From: Desulfatiglandales bacterium | GTDB taxonomy: Bacteria; Desulfobacterota; DSM-4660; Desulfatiglandales; Desulfatiglandaceae | Direction: 5' to 3' | Assembly: GCA_963662465.1 (NCBI GenBank) | Contig: OY759599.1 | Location: 5,536,001 to 5,600,000, forward strand | DNA: 64,000 nt | Part shown: positions 19,884 through 30,700 of the stretch, one piece after another | Layout of the letters: each line of letters begins with the position of its first letter | Numbering within the stretch: the first letter of the stretch is position 1 | Translations under genes and position numbers: made by a program | Notes under the pieces: model-generated | The model's database searches: none | Told to the model about the DNA's origin: nothing | Seen by the model: the letters and a program-made list of their open reading frames with translations, nothing else

Positions 19884-20927
19884 TCAACCGCGCTGCAAGG
19901 GACGATCTTGTGTTACGCCGTAGGGTCGATTATCTTCGCCGACGATGGGAGCGCCATACCGGCTGACCATCTTTTCCGCTTCTGCAAGGATCTCTTCTCG
20001 CAGAGATTCTGGTTCAAGGACCTCAGCCTTTGATCCCCAGGTCATGATCCAGAATCTGATTTCTTCGGTCCCCGCAACTTCAGCTTCAAAGATGATGGAA
20101 CCATCATTCTGAAGGTGGATCTTCTGTGATTCGTGCCAGATCTTTTCTTTGATATAACCCGAAACATCCGGATGAAACCATACCTTTATATATACGGGCT
20201 CTCCTTGATACACCCCGAAGCTTGAACCCGTAAACTTCTCAAGGCTGAAATCCTCGGGGATTTCGAAGGTTTCTTTTGTTTGATGGAGCATCTTGATGCG
20301 GTCAAGGGCGAATATCCTGACTTCTTTTCTCGTGTGGCATAAACCGATCAGATAAAAAGTCCCGTTGAAAAACCAGATCCGGTAGGGGTCCACCCGGCGC
20401 CGGGACTCTTTCCTCCGGCTCATCGTGTAATAGACAATTTCGATGGATTTCCGATTGACGGCGGCATCGTTGACCCGGTTCAAAATCCCCTTGAATTTGC
20501 CGTATTCCTTATATGGCTTTACGCCCAGGTGAAGGGTCTGCTCCACATTTTTCAGATATTTAATGGATTCCTTGGGCAGGGTCGTCTTGACCTTCTGAAA
20601 AAGCGACTCCAATGAGTCATAAAATGCGGTATCTTTGAAGACTTTGAGCATGTCCCTTCCGAAATAAAGGGCCATCAACTCGGTGAGGTTGAACGGAACA
20701 GGGATCTGGTGTTTCACCGTATCCAGCAGGGACCAGAGGTTTTTGCCCTCCACTTTTTCGGTGTAGATGGGAAAGCCGGCTACCTGCAGCGCTTCAAGGT
20801 CCCGATAAAGGGTCCGGGGATGGCATTCCAAATCCGTGGCCAGTTCAGCAGCCGATTTTCCCATTTTGGATGAAACCAGAATCTGAATGATCTGCCACTG
20901 TCTGCCTAACTGATCGCCCCTGGCCAT
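19884..20927 (-). CDS. HTH-WYL-WCX transcriptional regulator (PafB/PafC/DriD-like)
   Basis: [26 protein letters not shown] core RRVDPYRIW...FYLIGLC...[11 protein letters not shown] tail [18 protein letters not shown]. Confidence 0.93.
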   Translation of the reverse strand: MARGDQLGRQWQIIQILVSSKMGKSAAELATDLECHPRTLYRDLEALQVAGFPIYTEKVEGKNLWSLLDTVKHQIPVPFNLTELMALYFGRDMLKVFKDTAFYDSLESLFQKVKTTLPKESIKYLKNVEQTLHLGVKPYKEYGKFKGILNRVNDAAVNRKSIEIVYYTMSRRKESRRRVDPYRIWFFNGTFYLIGLCHTRKEVRIFALDRIKMLHQTKETFEIPEDFSLEKFTGSSFGVYQGEPVYIKVWFHPDVSGYIKEKIWHESQKIHLQNDGSIIFEAEVAGTEEIRFWIMTWGSKAEVLEPESLREEILAEAEKMVSRYGAPIVGEDNRPYGVTQDRPLQRG

Positions 20928-21094
20928 GGATATCCTCCCTGAAATCCCTAATCTCTGGTTGGTGTCTGGAGAACATTTTTTAAAAGACTGAAAGATGTTT
21001 AAACAAAAAATACCGATTTTATCAACAAAATTAGCAATCTCATTACATTGAGTTTATGAAAAAAAACAAAATTTATTAAAAAAGATTCTCCAGT

Positions 21095-21128
21095 TGTGAC
21101 CGGATGTGTCAAAACCCTCTGCTAATAT
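21095..21128 (+). promoter_or_regulatory. WYL-box promoter copy 2
   Basis: TGTGAC-CGGATGT-GTCAAA, then TGc-TAATAT at 21123-21128; lies in the divergent region between the WYL regulator and ARPP-1. Confidence 0.8.
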
Positions 21129-21293
21129 ACCTGCCGGAAGAAGGTTTTTCACCGGCTGAATTATCCCGAACAGCAGGAATTTTACGAAGTATACAACTTG
21201 AAAAGGAGCTATTTGAAGGCGGTGGCACCATTGAAGGTGCTGATTGATTATGAATCTGATGAATTTAAAAGTGCAGGAAAGGAGGCAAACCAC

Positions 21294-22292
21294 ATGGATA
21301 CCGTTATCAATAATTATCTGGAACAGCTGAAAGTCGGCCGTAAACAATCCTATAAAAACCTTGCCCTTTACCCATTACTCTCAACATACAGCCTGGATTT
21401 GGAATACCTGCTGCTGGACGAGGCCCTGGGCGAAAACCTGATCGAGATCGTTGAAAAGGACAGTGACGGTTCCGTACCCGAACTGAGGGTCATGAACAAA
21501 TCCCCAAGAATGATTCTCATTCTGGACGGTGAAGAACTTGTGGGGGCTAAACAGAACCGGATTGTCAACACCACCATCCTGGTTCAGGGAAATGCCACGA
21601 TTGTCATCCCCGTGAGTTGTGTTGAGCATGGCAGGTGGTCTTATGACAGTCCCCAATTCCATAGCAAAGAAAGAATGATGTCATCCAATCTTCGCGCCAT
21701 GAAATCCGAACAGGTCAATTATTCCATCAGATCTTCGGGGGAATTCCGATCTGACCAGAGCGCTATATGGGATGGCATCGCTGAAAAAGCGACCAGGATG
21801 AGCGCTTCGTCTCCCACCGGCGCCATGGCGGCCATTTATGACAAAGAGAGACCCACTATCGAGGAATATGTGAAATCCTATAGTCTGATTGATTCGCAGG
21901 TAGGAGCCATCTTCATAATCAATGGCAAAGTGGCAGGATGGGATGCCTTTGGGAAACCGGGAACCTTTTCAAAGGTTTTCAAGAAGCTCCTTGAAAGCTA
22001 TGCTCTCGATGCCATCGACTGGTATGAACCGGACAAGGAACACAAGGCTCTCAAAAGCGAGGTTACCAAATTCCAGAAAGCAGCCCTAGCAGCCAGCACT
22101 GAAGGGCGACCGTCTGTGGGGTTGGGAACAGACTTCCGTATGGAATCCAAAAAAGTCACCGGCTTTGCCTTGGCCCTTGATGATCAGCTTCTCCACATCT
22201 CAATTTTTGCCAGGCCGGACAGCCAAAGCCGAGATACAGCTGATTCAAAAATTGAGAGGTTTTCGAGAAGAAGACGGAATCGAAGAGCATAG
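21294..22292 (+). CDS. ARPP-1 family (DUF6569) protein
   Basis: EKDSDGSVPELRVMN...LILDGEELVGAKQNRIVNTTILV...IPVSCVEHGRW...DQSAIW; start set at ATG 21294 after a GGAGG RBS. Confidence 0.82.
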   Translation: MDTVINNYLEQLKVGRKQSYKNLALYPLLSTYSLDLEYLLLDEALGENLIEIVEKDSDGSVPELRVMNKSPRMILILDGEELVGAKQNRIVNTTILVQGNATIVIPVSCVEHGRWSYDSPQFHSKERMMSSNLRAMKSEQVNYSIRSSGEFRSDQSAIWDGIAEKATRMSASSPTGAMAAIYDKERPTIEEYVKSYSLIDSQVGAIFIINGKVAGWDAFGKPGTFSKVFKKLLESYALDAIDWYEPDKEHKALKSEVTKFQKAALAASTEGRPSVGLGTDFRMESKKVTGFALALDDQLLHISIFARPDSQSRDTADSKIERFSRRRRNRRA

Positions 22293-23594
22293 GGAAAATG
22301 GTTCAGCAAATAAGCACGGAATAAGAAAGCTGGATTCCAGAATCAATGGGAAAGTAGTCAACAAAAAGCCCGAAAATCGGTCTTTTTATCAGTTTTAAAT
22401 TGACATATACAGTAGCTGGGTGTAGGCAACAATATAAAGAATTCGTGAACCAAATTTCTTCTTTGATTCAATGAAAAAAAGAGGATTAAGGATGGTTTAT
22501 ATCGCGCCAAAAAACCCCGTTACTCTTGAACAGATGGAGAGCGGGGTTCTGTATTTTTGCCCCGCTATCCATCTGAAAGGTGTTTACCAATATGCATAAT
22601 GTTGAAAACACGTTTGCCCCAGGTGCAAGAATTGTCGTTCGAGATGCGGAATGGTTAATTCGCAGGGTGGACAGGACGTCTACCGGCGGGCAATCATTGA
22701 CCGTCGTGGGCATATCGGAACTGGTCAAAGATAAAGAGGCCATATTTCTGAATGAAATTGATAAGAATATTGAAATCCTCGATCCTGCTGAAACCAAGCT
22801 GATACCGGATACGTCCAGTTCTTATCAGGCCTCCCTGCTCTATATGGAAAGCCTGCTTCGACAAACGCCGCCGACCGATGAAAAATTGTATATCGGTCAC
22901 CGGGCCGCCATGGATAACGTCCCGTACCAGCTTGACCCGGCTATTCAGGCGTTGCAGCAACCCCGGCAGCGCATATTGATTGCCGATGCGGTCGGTCTTG
23001 GAAAGACCCTGGCCTGCGGTATTCTGGTAAGCGAGTTGATTCGTCGCGGAAAAGGTAAACGAATTCTGGTGCTGGCGGTCAAGAGCATGCTGACCCAGTT
23101 CCAGAAAGAGATGTGGGCACGGTTCACGATTCCTCTTGTCCGGCTTGATTCCGTCGGCATTCAGCGTGTCCGCAACCGCATCCCCACCAACCACAATCCC
23201 TTTTACTATTATGACAAATCGATCATCTCCATCGACACCCTGAAGCAGGATGCCGAGTATCGAACCTATCTGGAGAATGCCTATTGGGACATCATTGTCA
23301 TTGATGAAGCCCATAATGTGGCTGAGAGGGGGAAAGGGTCCTCTCAAAGGGCAAAACTTGCCAAGCTCCTTTCCGGTCGTTCAGATACCTTGATTATGCT
23401 GTCAGCCACGCCCCATGACGGCAAGGCCAGAAGTTTTGCCAGCCTCATGAACATGCTTGATCCCACCGCCATTGCAAATCCTGATGATTATGGACCGGAA
23501 GATATCAAGGGTCTCTTTATCCGCCGATTTAAAAAGGATATCCAGTCCCAGGTACAAAACGCTTTCAAAGAAAGAGAAATCAGTAAGGCTTATT

Positions 23595-25337
23595 GGCTCA
23601 TCGCGGATTAACGTGAAAAATCGATATTTCGAACCAAAGATGTCAGATGTCAAAAGCTCCGCGTATTCCTACACTCTGCGTGAGAATGCGCTTTGGACGC
23701 TCTGCGTCCACTGGGATAAGGCAATGAAGAGCTAATACAAGATGGCTACCGACGCAAGGCAGGACAGTTTCTCATTTGTATGAACCTTGATTGACTTGAT
23801 GACTTGATTTTTTATTCATGCTGCCGGCATCATCAAGGTTCAGGCGCTTACCTTGTTGACTTGATTTACTTAGGCGCTTGTTATTATGAGCTCTTTTAAA
23901 CTGTTGACTTTTTTGACTTATCGCGGAGTAACGCGAAAACCCGCGAATTGTGCGAGCGCCCGAAGCCTGAAGTTTGCAAAATTCCTGTAACCGTAAGCCG
24001 AGCGTATCATCGTCCTCAGTCCATTATTGAGCCCCTCGACAAAACCATTTGTGATTCGTTCGGTAAAATAATTGAGGATCTCCTTTCTCCAGTTTTTGAA
24101 TGTAGCAACAAATTTGAGCAGGTATTTGTTGCCTGTTCGTTTTGCTTTTAGAACCCATGCGTCCAAAAAACGGGCTGCTTTTTCTCTGCAATGGATTTTC
24201 TCGAATATGGTGCGGAATTCTTCTTTAAGCAGGTACAAGGCGCGAAGATCAGGGCATGTTTTCAGTATGTTATCCAGATGTTCCGTCTCCTTTGGTGACA
24301 GTTCAGCCCGATTGCGTACAAGTATCCAGCGGCTGCCTTTGAGTAGTTTTTTCATTTCATCAGAGCTTTCTTTCTGATATTTTGTGCGCAGCTGGGTCAG
24401 GCGCGTATTCAATTGTTTCATGACATGGAATCGGTCAACTACCACCTTCGCATGGGGCAGCTTGCTGCGGGCTGCTTGATCATAGGGCGCCCACATGTCA
24501 ATGGAAACAAAACGGATAGATTTTTTCTCCATAGGACTCAAGGCTTCTATCCAATTTTCCAGGGTTTTTTTCTCCCTGTCAGGCAGGATAGCGAGTATGC
24601 ATTTCCTATCAATATCAGAGATCACGAGTACGAATTGCTTGTGACGCTTTTTGATGGAAAGCTCATCAATTCCTAAGCCCCTGACAGGATAGGTGGCCGT
24701 AGATATCCGTTTCATTGCCGCCCAAAAGTTGAAGATATCTTTTACTGTAGAGTGGCTTAGCCCTTCATGAACTGCAACAGCCTTGCGGGTGCTTGTAAGA
24801 CAGGCCTGATAAATATGCTGTTCGAAGGTTATGGATTGCCTGCGGTGGGAATCTACGAAGGGCAATTCTTCTACAAAAGTCCGACCACAATCTTCGCATT
24901 TGAAACGGCGAGAAAGAAAATGTAGGACAGTCTTTTTGCCCCACACATCCAAATGACGAATAGATCGAGTTTCTTCTTGATGAATTTTCGTTGAAAGTGA
25001 GCCGCAATGTGGACACAAGGCAACCTCCTCGCGATGGGTACACCAAAGATGCAGAACTTCGTGTTCTCCTTCGCGACGAAGTGCAAACATCTTTACCCCG
25101 ATGCTTGCAATGCCCAACAATTCGGTCAGAGTTTCATCCGCAACTTCTTTGAATTCTTGCAGGGTAATTCGCTTCACGGACTTCGCAGCATCCTTTATAT
25201 AGGATGTAAAACGGGGTAGCAGTTTCATGGAAAATCCTCCTAATGAGCTTTTTCCATCCTATTTATACCTATTGGGGGAGAAAGTTCTCAAAAAAATGAC
25301 AGGCGAAACATTTTTTCACGTTAATCCGCGTTGAGCC
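23595..25337 (-). mobile_element. Complete ISL3-family insertion sequence (1743 bp)
   Basis: Terminal IRs GGCTCATCGCGGATTAACGTGAAAAA / TTTTTCACGTTAATCCGCGTTGAGCC; 8-bp TSD GGCTTATT at 23587-23594 and 25338-25345. Confidence 0.96.
23918..25228 (-). CDS. ISL3 family transposase
   Basis: Zn finger CPHCG...CEDCG, LGIDE, SIDMW, VDRFHV, TNGFVEGLN...AYGYRNF. Confidence 0.95.
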   Translation of the reverse strand: MKLLPRFTSYIKDAAKSVKRITLQEFKEVADETLTELLGIASIGVKMFALRREGEHEVLHLWCTHREEVALCPHCGSLSTKIHQEETRSIRHLDVWGKKTVLHFLSRRFKCEDCGRTFVEELPFVDSHRRQSITFEQHIYQACLTSTRKAVAVHEGLSHSTVKDIFNFWAAMKRISTATYPVRGLGIDELSIKKRHKQFVLVISDIDRKCILAILPDREKKTLENWIEALSPMEKKSIRFVSIDMWAPYDQAARSKLPHAKVVVDRFHVMKQLNTRLTQLRTKYQKESSDEMKKLLKGSRWILVRNRAELSPKETEHLDNILKTCPDLRALYLLKEEFRTIFEKIHCREKAARFLDAWVLKAKRTGNKYLLKFVATFKNWRKEILNYFTERITNGFVEGLNNGLRTMIRSAYGYRNFANFRLRALAQFAGFRVTPR

Positions 25338-27181
25338 GGCTTATTGTGAAGCCACCCATGCCGAAGAGATGGCATTCGATGTTTTTGTGGATTTGAAGTT
25401 TGAGAGGCTGGACCAGAGAAGCGGCGCCGGGCAGCTTTTTAAGACAACGCTTGAAAAAGCATTGTTTTCAAGTCCGGCCGCCTGTTTAATGACCATCAAG
25501 AACAGGATCAATCGGCTTCAAAAAGATGATGATCCTGATGCTGAAAAGGATATTGCCCGACTTGAAGAACTGGCGGATCAAGTGGAACAGATCACTCCTG
25601 AACAGTTTTCCAAATACCAGAAACTGCTTTCGGTTGTTCGGGATCAAAATCACGGCTATGGATGGACCGGCAAAGACAAAAAGGACAGGCTTGTCATTTT
25701 CACGGAACGGATTGAAACTCTGCATTTCCTGCATGAGCATTTAAAAAGGGATCTCAAGCTCAAGGACAAAGAGGTGGAGATCCTGCACGGCTCCATGCCG
25801 GATGTGGACCAGCAACGGATTGTTGAGGATTTCGGCAAAGAGGAAGCCCCGGTTCGCCTTCTGATCGCCTCCGATGTGGCCTCCGAGGGCATTAACCTTC
25901 ATTATCTAAGCCACAGGCTTATCCATTTTGATATCCCCTGGTCCCTCATGGTCTTTCAACAGAGAAACGGCAGGATCGACCGATACGGCCAGGAACATAC
26001 TCCCTACATTTTTTATCTGGTCAGCCAGAGCCATAACCCAAAGATCAAGGGAGACATGCGAATTCTTGAACTGCTGATCCGAAAGGATGAAGAGGCGGTC
26101 AAGAATATTGGTGATCCTTCTGCGCTGATGGGGGTCTATGATATCGATGCGGAAGAAAAAATCACCGCGGATGCCATTGAATCCGGGAAAAGTGACAGTG
26201 AGTTTGAACAGGATTTGATGGAGAAGGCCAAAGAGACCTTTGATCCCCTTGCATTACTACTGGGCGGAGCGACATCTCCCAAAGTAAAAGAGGCCGAAAC
26301 CAAAACCAGGGATCTGCCCTCTCTTTATCCGGATGACTACCATTATCTGAAAGAGGCAATCATGTTTCTGAAGCAAACCCAAAAGCTTCAGACTGATTTT
26401 CCTGCCAATGAACAGCAAATCATTATTACAGCCAACAAAGATCTCAAACACCGGCTCAAATATGTTTTCCCCCGGGAAGTCTGGCCGGATGACGATACCT
26501 TCGTTCTTTCCGCCGACCGCCAGGTGATCCAGGATGAAATAAAACGCAGTCGCAAGGATGAAAACGCCTGGCCCCGTATTCATTATCTATGGCCGCACAA
26601 CCCGGTGCTGGAATGGATTAACGACAAGGTTGTCTCAGGTTTCGGCAGGCACGAGGCCCCTGTATTAACCCTTTCGGATAAACTTGGAACAGGAGAGACG
26701 GTCTTTATCCTCTCCGGACTCATCCCGAACAGAAAAAGCCACCCGCTGGTTCAACGCTGGTTCGGCGTGACTTTTAAAGATACTGCCTTTCAACAAATCG
26801 AAACGTTCGAGAAATTGCTTGCCCGAACTGGTTTAGGAAAAACTAAAATTCCAAACCGGACCGAAAACATTGACATTGAAGCGCTTCAAGAGCTTTTGCC
26901 AAAGGCTGTCCAGCAGGCCAGGGATTATATGAGCGAGGAACGGAAAGCCTTTGAAGAAATCATTAACAAAAAACTCAACGAGCAGCTTCGCGCACTTGAA
27001 CGTTTGAAGGGGAAGCAGTACCGGCAACTTGAATTGTTCTACACGGATCAGCGGCAGTTGAGCAAAAAGGAACAGCACAGGCGAGAGATTGATCGCAAAT
27101 TTGATGAATTTATCGAATGGGTCGAAGACACCATGACCACTGAGAATAATCCCTTTATTCAGGTTGTCTCTGTTCTGTTTG

Positions 27182-27720
27182 GGTAACCACGAAATACACG
27201 AAAAACACGAAAAAGGCAAAATGGATATTGTTTACAAGAATGAGAGTTATTTGATTATCGGGGCCTGCTTTGAAGTTTACAAAGAAAAGGGATGTGGGTT
27301 TCTTGAATCTGTTTATCAGGAGTGCCTTGAAATTGAATTGGGGTTACAAAAGATACCGTTTGTACCACAAAAAATGTTGAAGATTGAATACAAAGGAATC
27401 CCACTTAAGAGCCGTTATGTTCCTGATTTTGTTTGCTTCGACAAAATCATTTTAGAAATCAAAGCCGTGACCGCCCTGGCGGGTGAACATAAGGCGCAAG
27501 TTCATAATTATCTGAAAGCAACGGGGCATAAACTCGGCTTGTTGGTCAACTTTGGGCATTACCCAAAACTGGAATATCACCGCATTGTGAAATAGATGGG
27601 AACGATGGTAACCACGAAATACACGAATTACACGAAAAGACAAAAAGGGTATTGCTTACAAGAATGAACCAACTCTGAAGCAACTCTTCCTTTTCGTGTT
27701 TTTCGTGTCTTTCGTGGTTA
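27182..27720. repeat. CACGAA-rich repeats flanking the GxxExxY gene
   Basis: About 60-bp imperfect direct repeat GGTAACCACGAAATACACGAA...TACAAGAATGA at 27182 and 27607; inverted copy TTTTCGTGTTTTTCGTGTCTTTCGTGGTTA at about 27691-27720. Confidence 0.85.
27221..27595 (+). CDS. GxxExxY family PD-(D/E)XK protein
   Basis: GFLESVY motif, DFVCFDKIILEIKA, QVHNYLKATG, GLLVNFG. Confidence 0.92.
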   Translation: MDIVYKNESYLIIGACFEVYKEKGCGFLESVYQECLEIELGLQKIPFVPQKMLKIEYKGIPLKSRYVPDFVCFDKIILEIKAVTALAGEHKAQVHNYLKATGHKLGLLVNFGHYPKLEYHRIVK

Positions 27721-27745
27721 AAATATTGTAGCTGGAGAGCAGTAT

Positions 27746-30700
27746 ATGGCATTTGATATCACCGGCATCACCAACGAAAATGAATTCTACACCCATCATT
27801 ATCTTTCCGCCATTCTTGAAAATGATCTGAGAGACCTGTTCAAGGAATGGAACCGGAAAGCAGATGAAGAAGATATCCCGCAGCCATACAAGAACATACG
27901 CAGCTTGCGAAAAGAATATTTTGCTCTGCAGGATGCTCTGCAAAGGGAACGTAACATTGAAGACAGATTGGCATTACAGAGGGATTTCCAGGCGCAGCTA
28001 CTTTCGGCCCTTGGTTATGAACCATATTTCACGCTCGTCCTGTTGGATGACGGCGTCAGCATACCGTTGATTGGGGGCATCAATAAACCTGACGGTTCTC
28101 CCGAGTTGTGGATTCTTGAAGCTGCCGACGTGTTTGGGGAAGAACACGACCCTCTGGAAATGCAGCTATTAAAAGAGCAATATCCTGAGGACAGTGAAAT
28201 TCAGAAAATCCTGGATATTCCCCTGGAAGAGATCATCACCCGTCGGATATTTGGGCATTCCGAACCGCCTCGCTGGATAATCCTGCTCAACAGTACCCAG
28301 TTGTTGCTTCTGGACCGCACCAAGTGGCATGAAAAGAGGCTTTTGCGCTTTAATATCCGTGAAATTTTAGACCGGCGCGAGACCACCACCCTTCAGGCCA
28401 TGGCCGCCTTACTGCACCGGGATTCAATCTGTCCCAAAGACGGCATGCCCCTTCTGGACACCCTGGATGAGAACTCCCACAAACATGCTTTCGCGGTTTC
28501 CGAGGATCTGAAATATTCACTCAGAAAGGCCATAGAGCTTCTGGGGAATGAGGCGGTCTGGTTTCTCCGTGAAAAAGCCCACGAAAAAATCTATGGCCGG
28601 GACATGGCCGGGCAGCTCACCCGGGAATGCCTTCGTTATATGTACCGAATGCTCTTCCTTTTCTATATCGAAGCAAGGCCTGAGCTTGAATATCTCCCGG
28701 ACAAAAAATCAAAAGAGTACCACAAAGGATACAGCCTTGAGTCATTGCGTGAACTGGAGATGGTCCAACTTACCACGGATGAGTCAAAAAATGGCTTCTA
28801 TTTCCATGAGTCCATTAGTCTTCTGTTTGACCTTCTCTATAACGGTTTTCAGCCGGAGCAGGCGGATATGTTCGGCGTTCCGGATCATCATACTTTCCGC
28901 ATCGCACCGCTCAGGAGCCACCTGTTTGATCCCAAACAGACGCCACTGCTGAACAGAGTTAAACTCCGTAATTTTGTGATGCAGGAAATTATCGAGTTGA
29001 TGTCCCTTTCGAGACCCAAAAAAGGGAAGAAAAACCGGCGTGGACGCATCTCCTATGCCCAATTAGGGATCAACCAGTTGGGTGCAGTGTATGAAGCACT
29101 TCTTTCCTACCAGGGTTTTTTTGCTGAAACAGACCTTTACGAAGTCAAGAAGGCCGGGGAAAAGCACAATGTGCTCGAAACCGCCTACTTTGTGAAACCC
29201 GAGGATATCGAACAGTATACGGAGGATGAGCGGGTTTTTAATGATGATGGCACATTGGTGAAATACGAGAAAGGCACATTCATCTATCGCCTGGCCGGCC
29301 GGGACCGTGAAAAGTCGGCATCCTATTACACTCCCGAAGTGCTGACCCAGTGTCTTGTAAAATATGCGCTGAAAGAACTCCTCAAGGACAAAACCGCCGA
29401 TGAAATCCTTGAGTTGACGGTCTGTGAGCCCGCCATGGGGAGCGCCGCGTTTTTGAATGAAGCCGTCAATCAGCTGGCCAAGGCTTACCTGGATCGAAAG
29501 CAGAAAGAACTGGATCAGACCATCTCCCATGATGCTTACCCAAAAGAATTGCAGAAGGTGAAGATGTATATTGCCGACCGCAATGTTCACGGGGTGGATT
29601 TGAACCCGGTGGCCGTCGAACTGGCGGAAGTCTCTTTGTGGCTCAATACCATTTATGAAGGGGGATTTGTGCCTTGGTTCGGCATGCAGTTGGTCTGTGG
29701 TAATTCGCTGATTGGCGCCAGGCGGCAGGTGTTTCATGAAAACCTGCTCAAAAAGCAAAAAAAGACCGATCCCCTCTGGCTGGACGAGGTGCCGGAACGG
29801 GTGATGCCGGGTCAGAACCGGGAAAATGATACCGTGTACCACTTCCTGCTGCCGGATAAAGGTATGGCGGATTACAAGGATAAAGTCATCAAACAGATGG
29901 CAGTGGATGAAATCAAAACTATTAATGAATGGCGCAAGGAATTTACAAAGCCTTTTTCTAAAACTGAGATCTACCAGCTCAAAAAATTATCCGATGCTGT
30001 GGACAAACTTTGGCAGCGAAATGCAGAAATGCAACGGGATATTGATAACCGAACGACCGATCCGCTCCTTGTTTTCGGCCAGAAAGACCCTAAGCATAAA
30101 TGGCAGCCAACGACCACCGAATTCAAAGACCGAATTTTTCAGCAGGAAATGTTCTCCAAAAACGTGCGGAATTCGAGTCCATACAGACGGCTGAAACTGG
30201 TGATGGATTATTGGTGTGCTTTTTATTTTTGGCCAATTGAAAGGGCGGACTTACTGCCCAGCCGTGCTGAGTTTCTTTTTGATCTTACACTTGTTCTCGA
30301 TGGCAATCTTTTTGATGCGGATATTGATGAGAAGGGCCAGCAGCTTCTTTTCCCTGATACAAGGCCTTGAAAACAGATGTCTCTCAAAATGCTTGATGAG
30401 CTTGGATACGTGAATGTGGATAAGCTCTGCGAAAAAAACCAACGTTTAGGTTTGGTAAAGGAATTGGCCGAAAGATACCGGTATCTGCATTGGGAGCTTG
30501 ATTTCGCTGATTTATTTAGAAGAAAGGGCGGGTTTGATTTGGTATTGGGGAATCCTCCGTGGATTAAGGTGGCGTGGCGGGAAGGTGGAGTGTTGGCGGA
30601 TGCGGAACCGCAGTTCGTAATCAGAAAATACTCCGCCTCGAAGTTAAAGGAACTTCGGGAGGAGACCTTGGAGCGGATGAATTTAAGGAAACTTTATTTT

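Larger units (their letters stand above)
22580..27186 (+). pseudogene. SNF2/RapA-like helicase (DrmD-like) interrupted by ISL3
   Basis: N-half has IADAVGLGKT, DEAH, SATPH; C-half has SEGINLH, QRNGRIDRYGQ. Removing the IS and one TSD restores the frame (SKAY-C-EATHAEEMAF), about 950 aa. Confidence 0.93.

Noticed and set aside
19605..20033. 142-aa ORF as an intact gene
   Set aside because: Only the part to about 19856 is DUF499-like; the rest is read-through antisense to the WYL gene.
16696..21853. ARPP-1 duplication as a DGR template/variable repeat pair
   Set aside because: No reverse transcriptase in the window; the shared tract is identical and differences elsewhere are mostly synonymous rather than adenine-specific.
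27182..27720. CACGAA repeats as CRISPR or iterons
   Set aside because: 9-bp periodic units in only three clusters, one inverted; no unique spacers and no rep gene.
30368..30370. TGA in the MTase as selenocysteine
   Set aside because: The position is a linker-like, non-redox context and I see no convincing SECIS hairpin right after it; a nonsense mutation is simpler.
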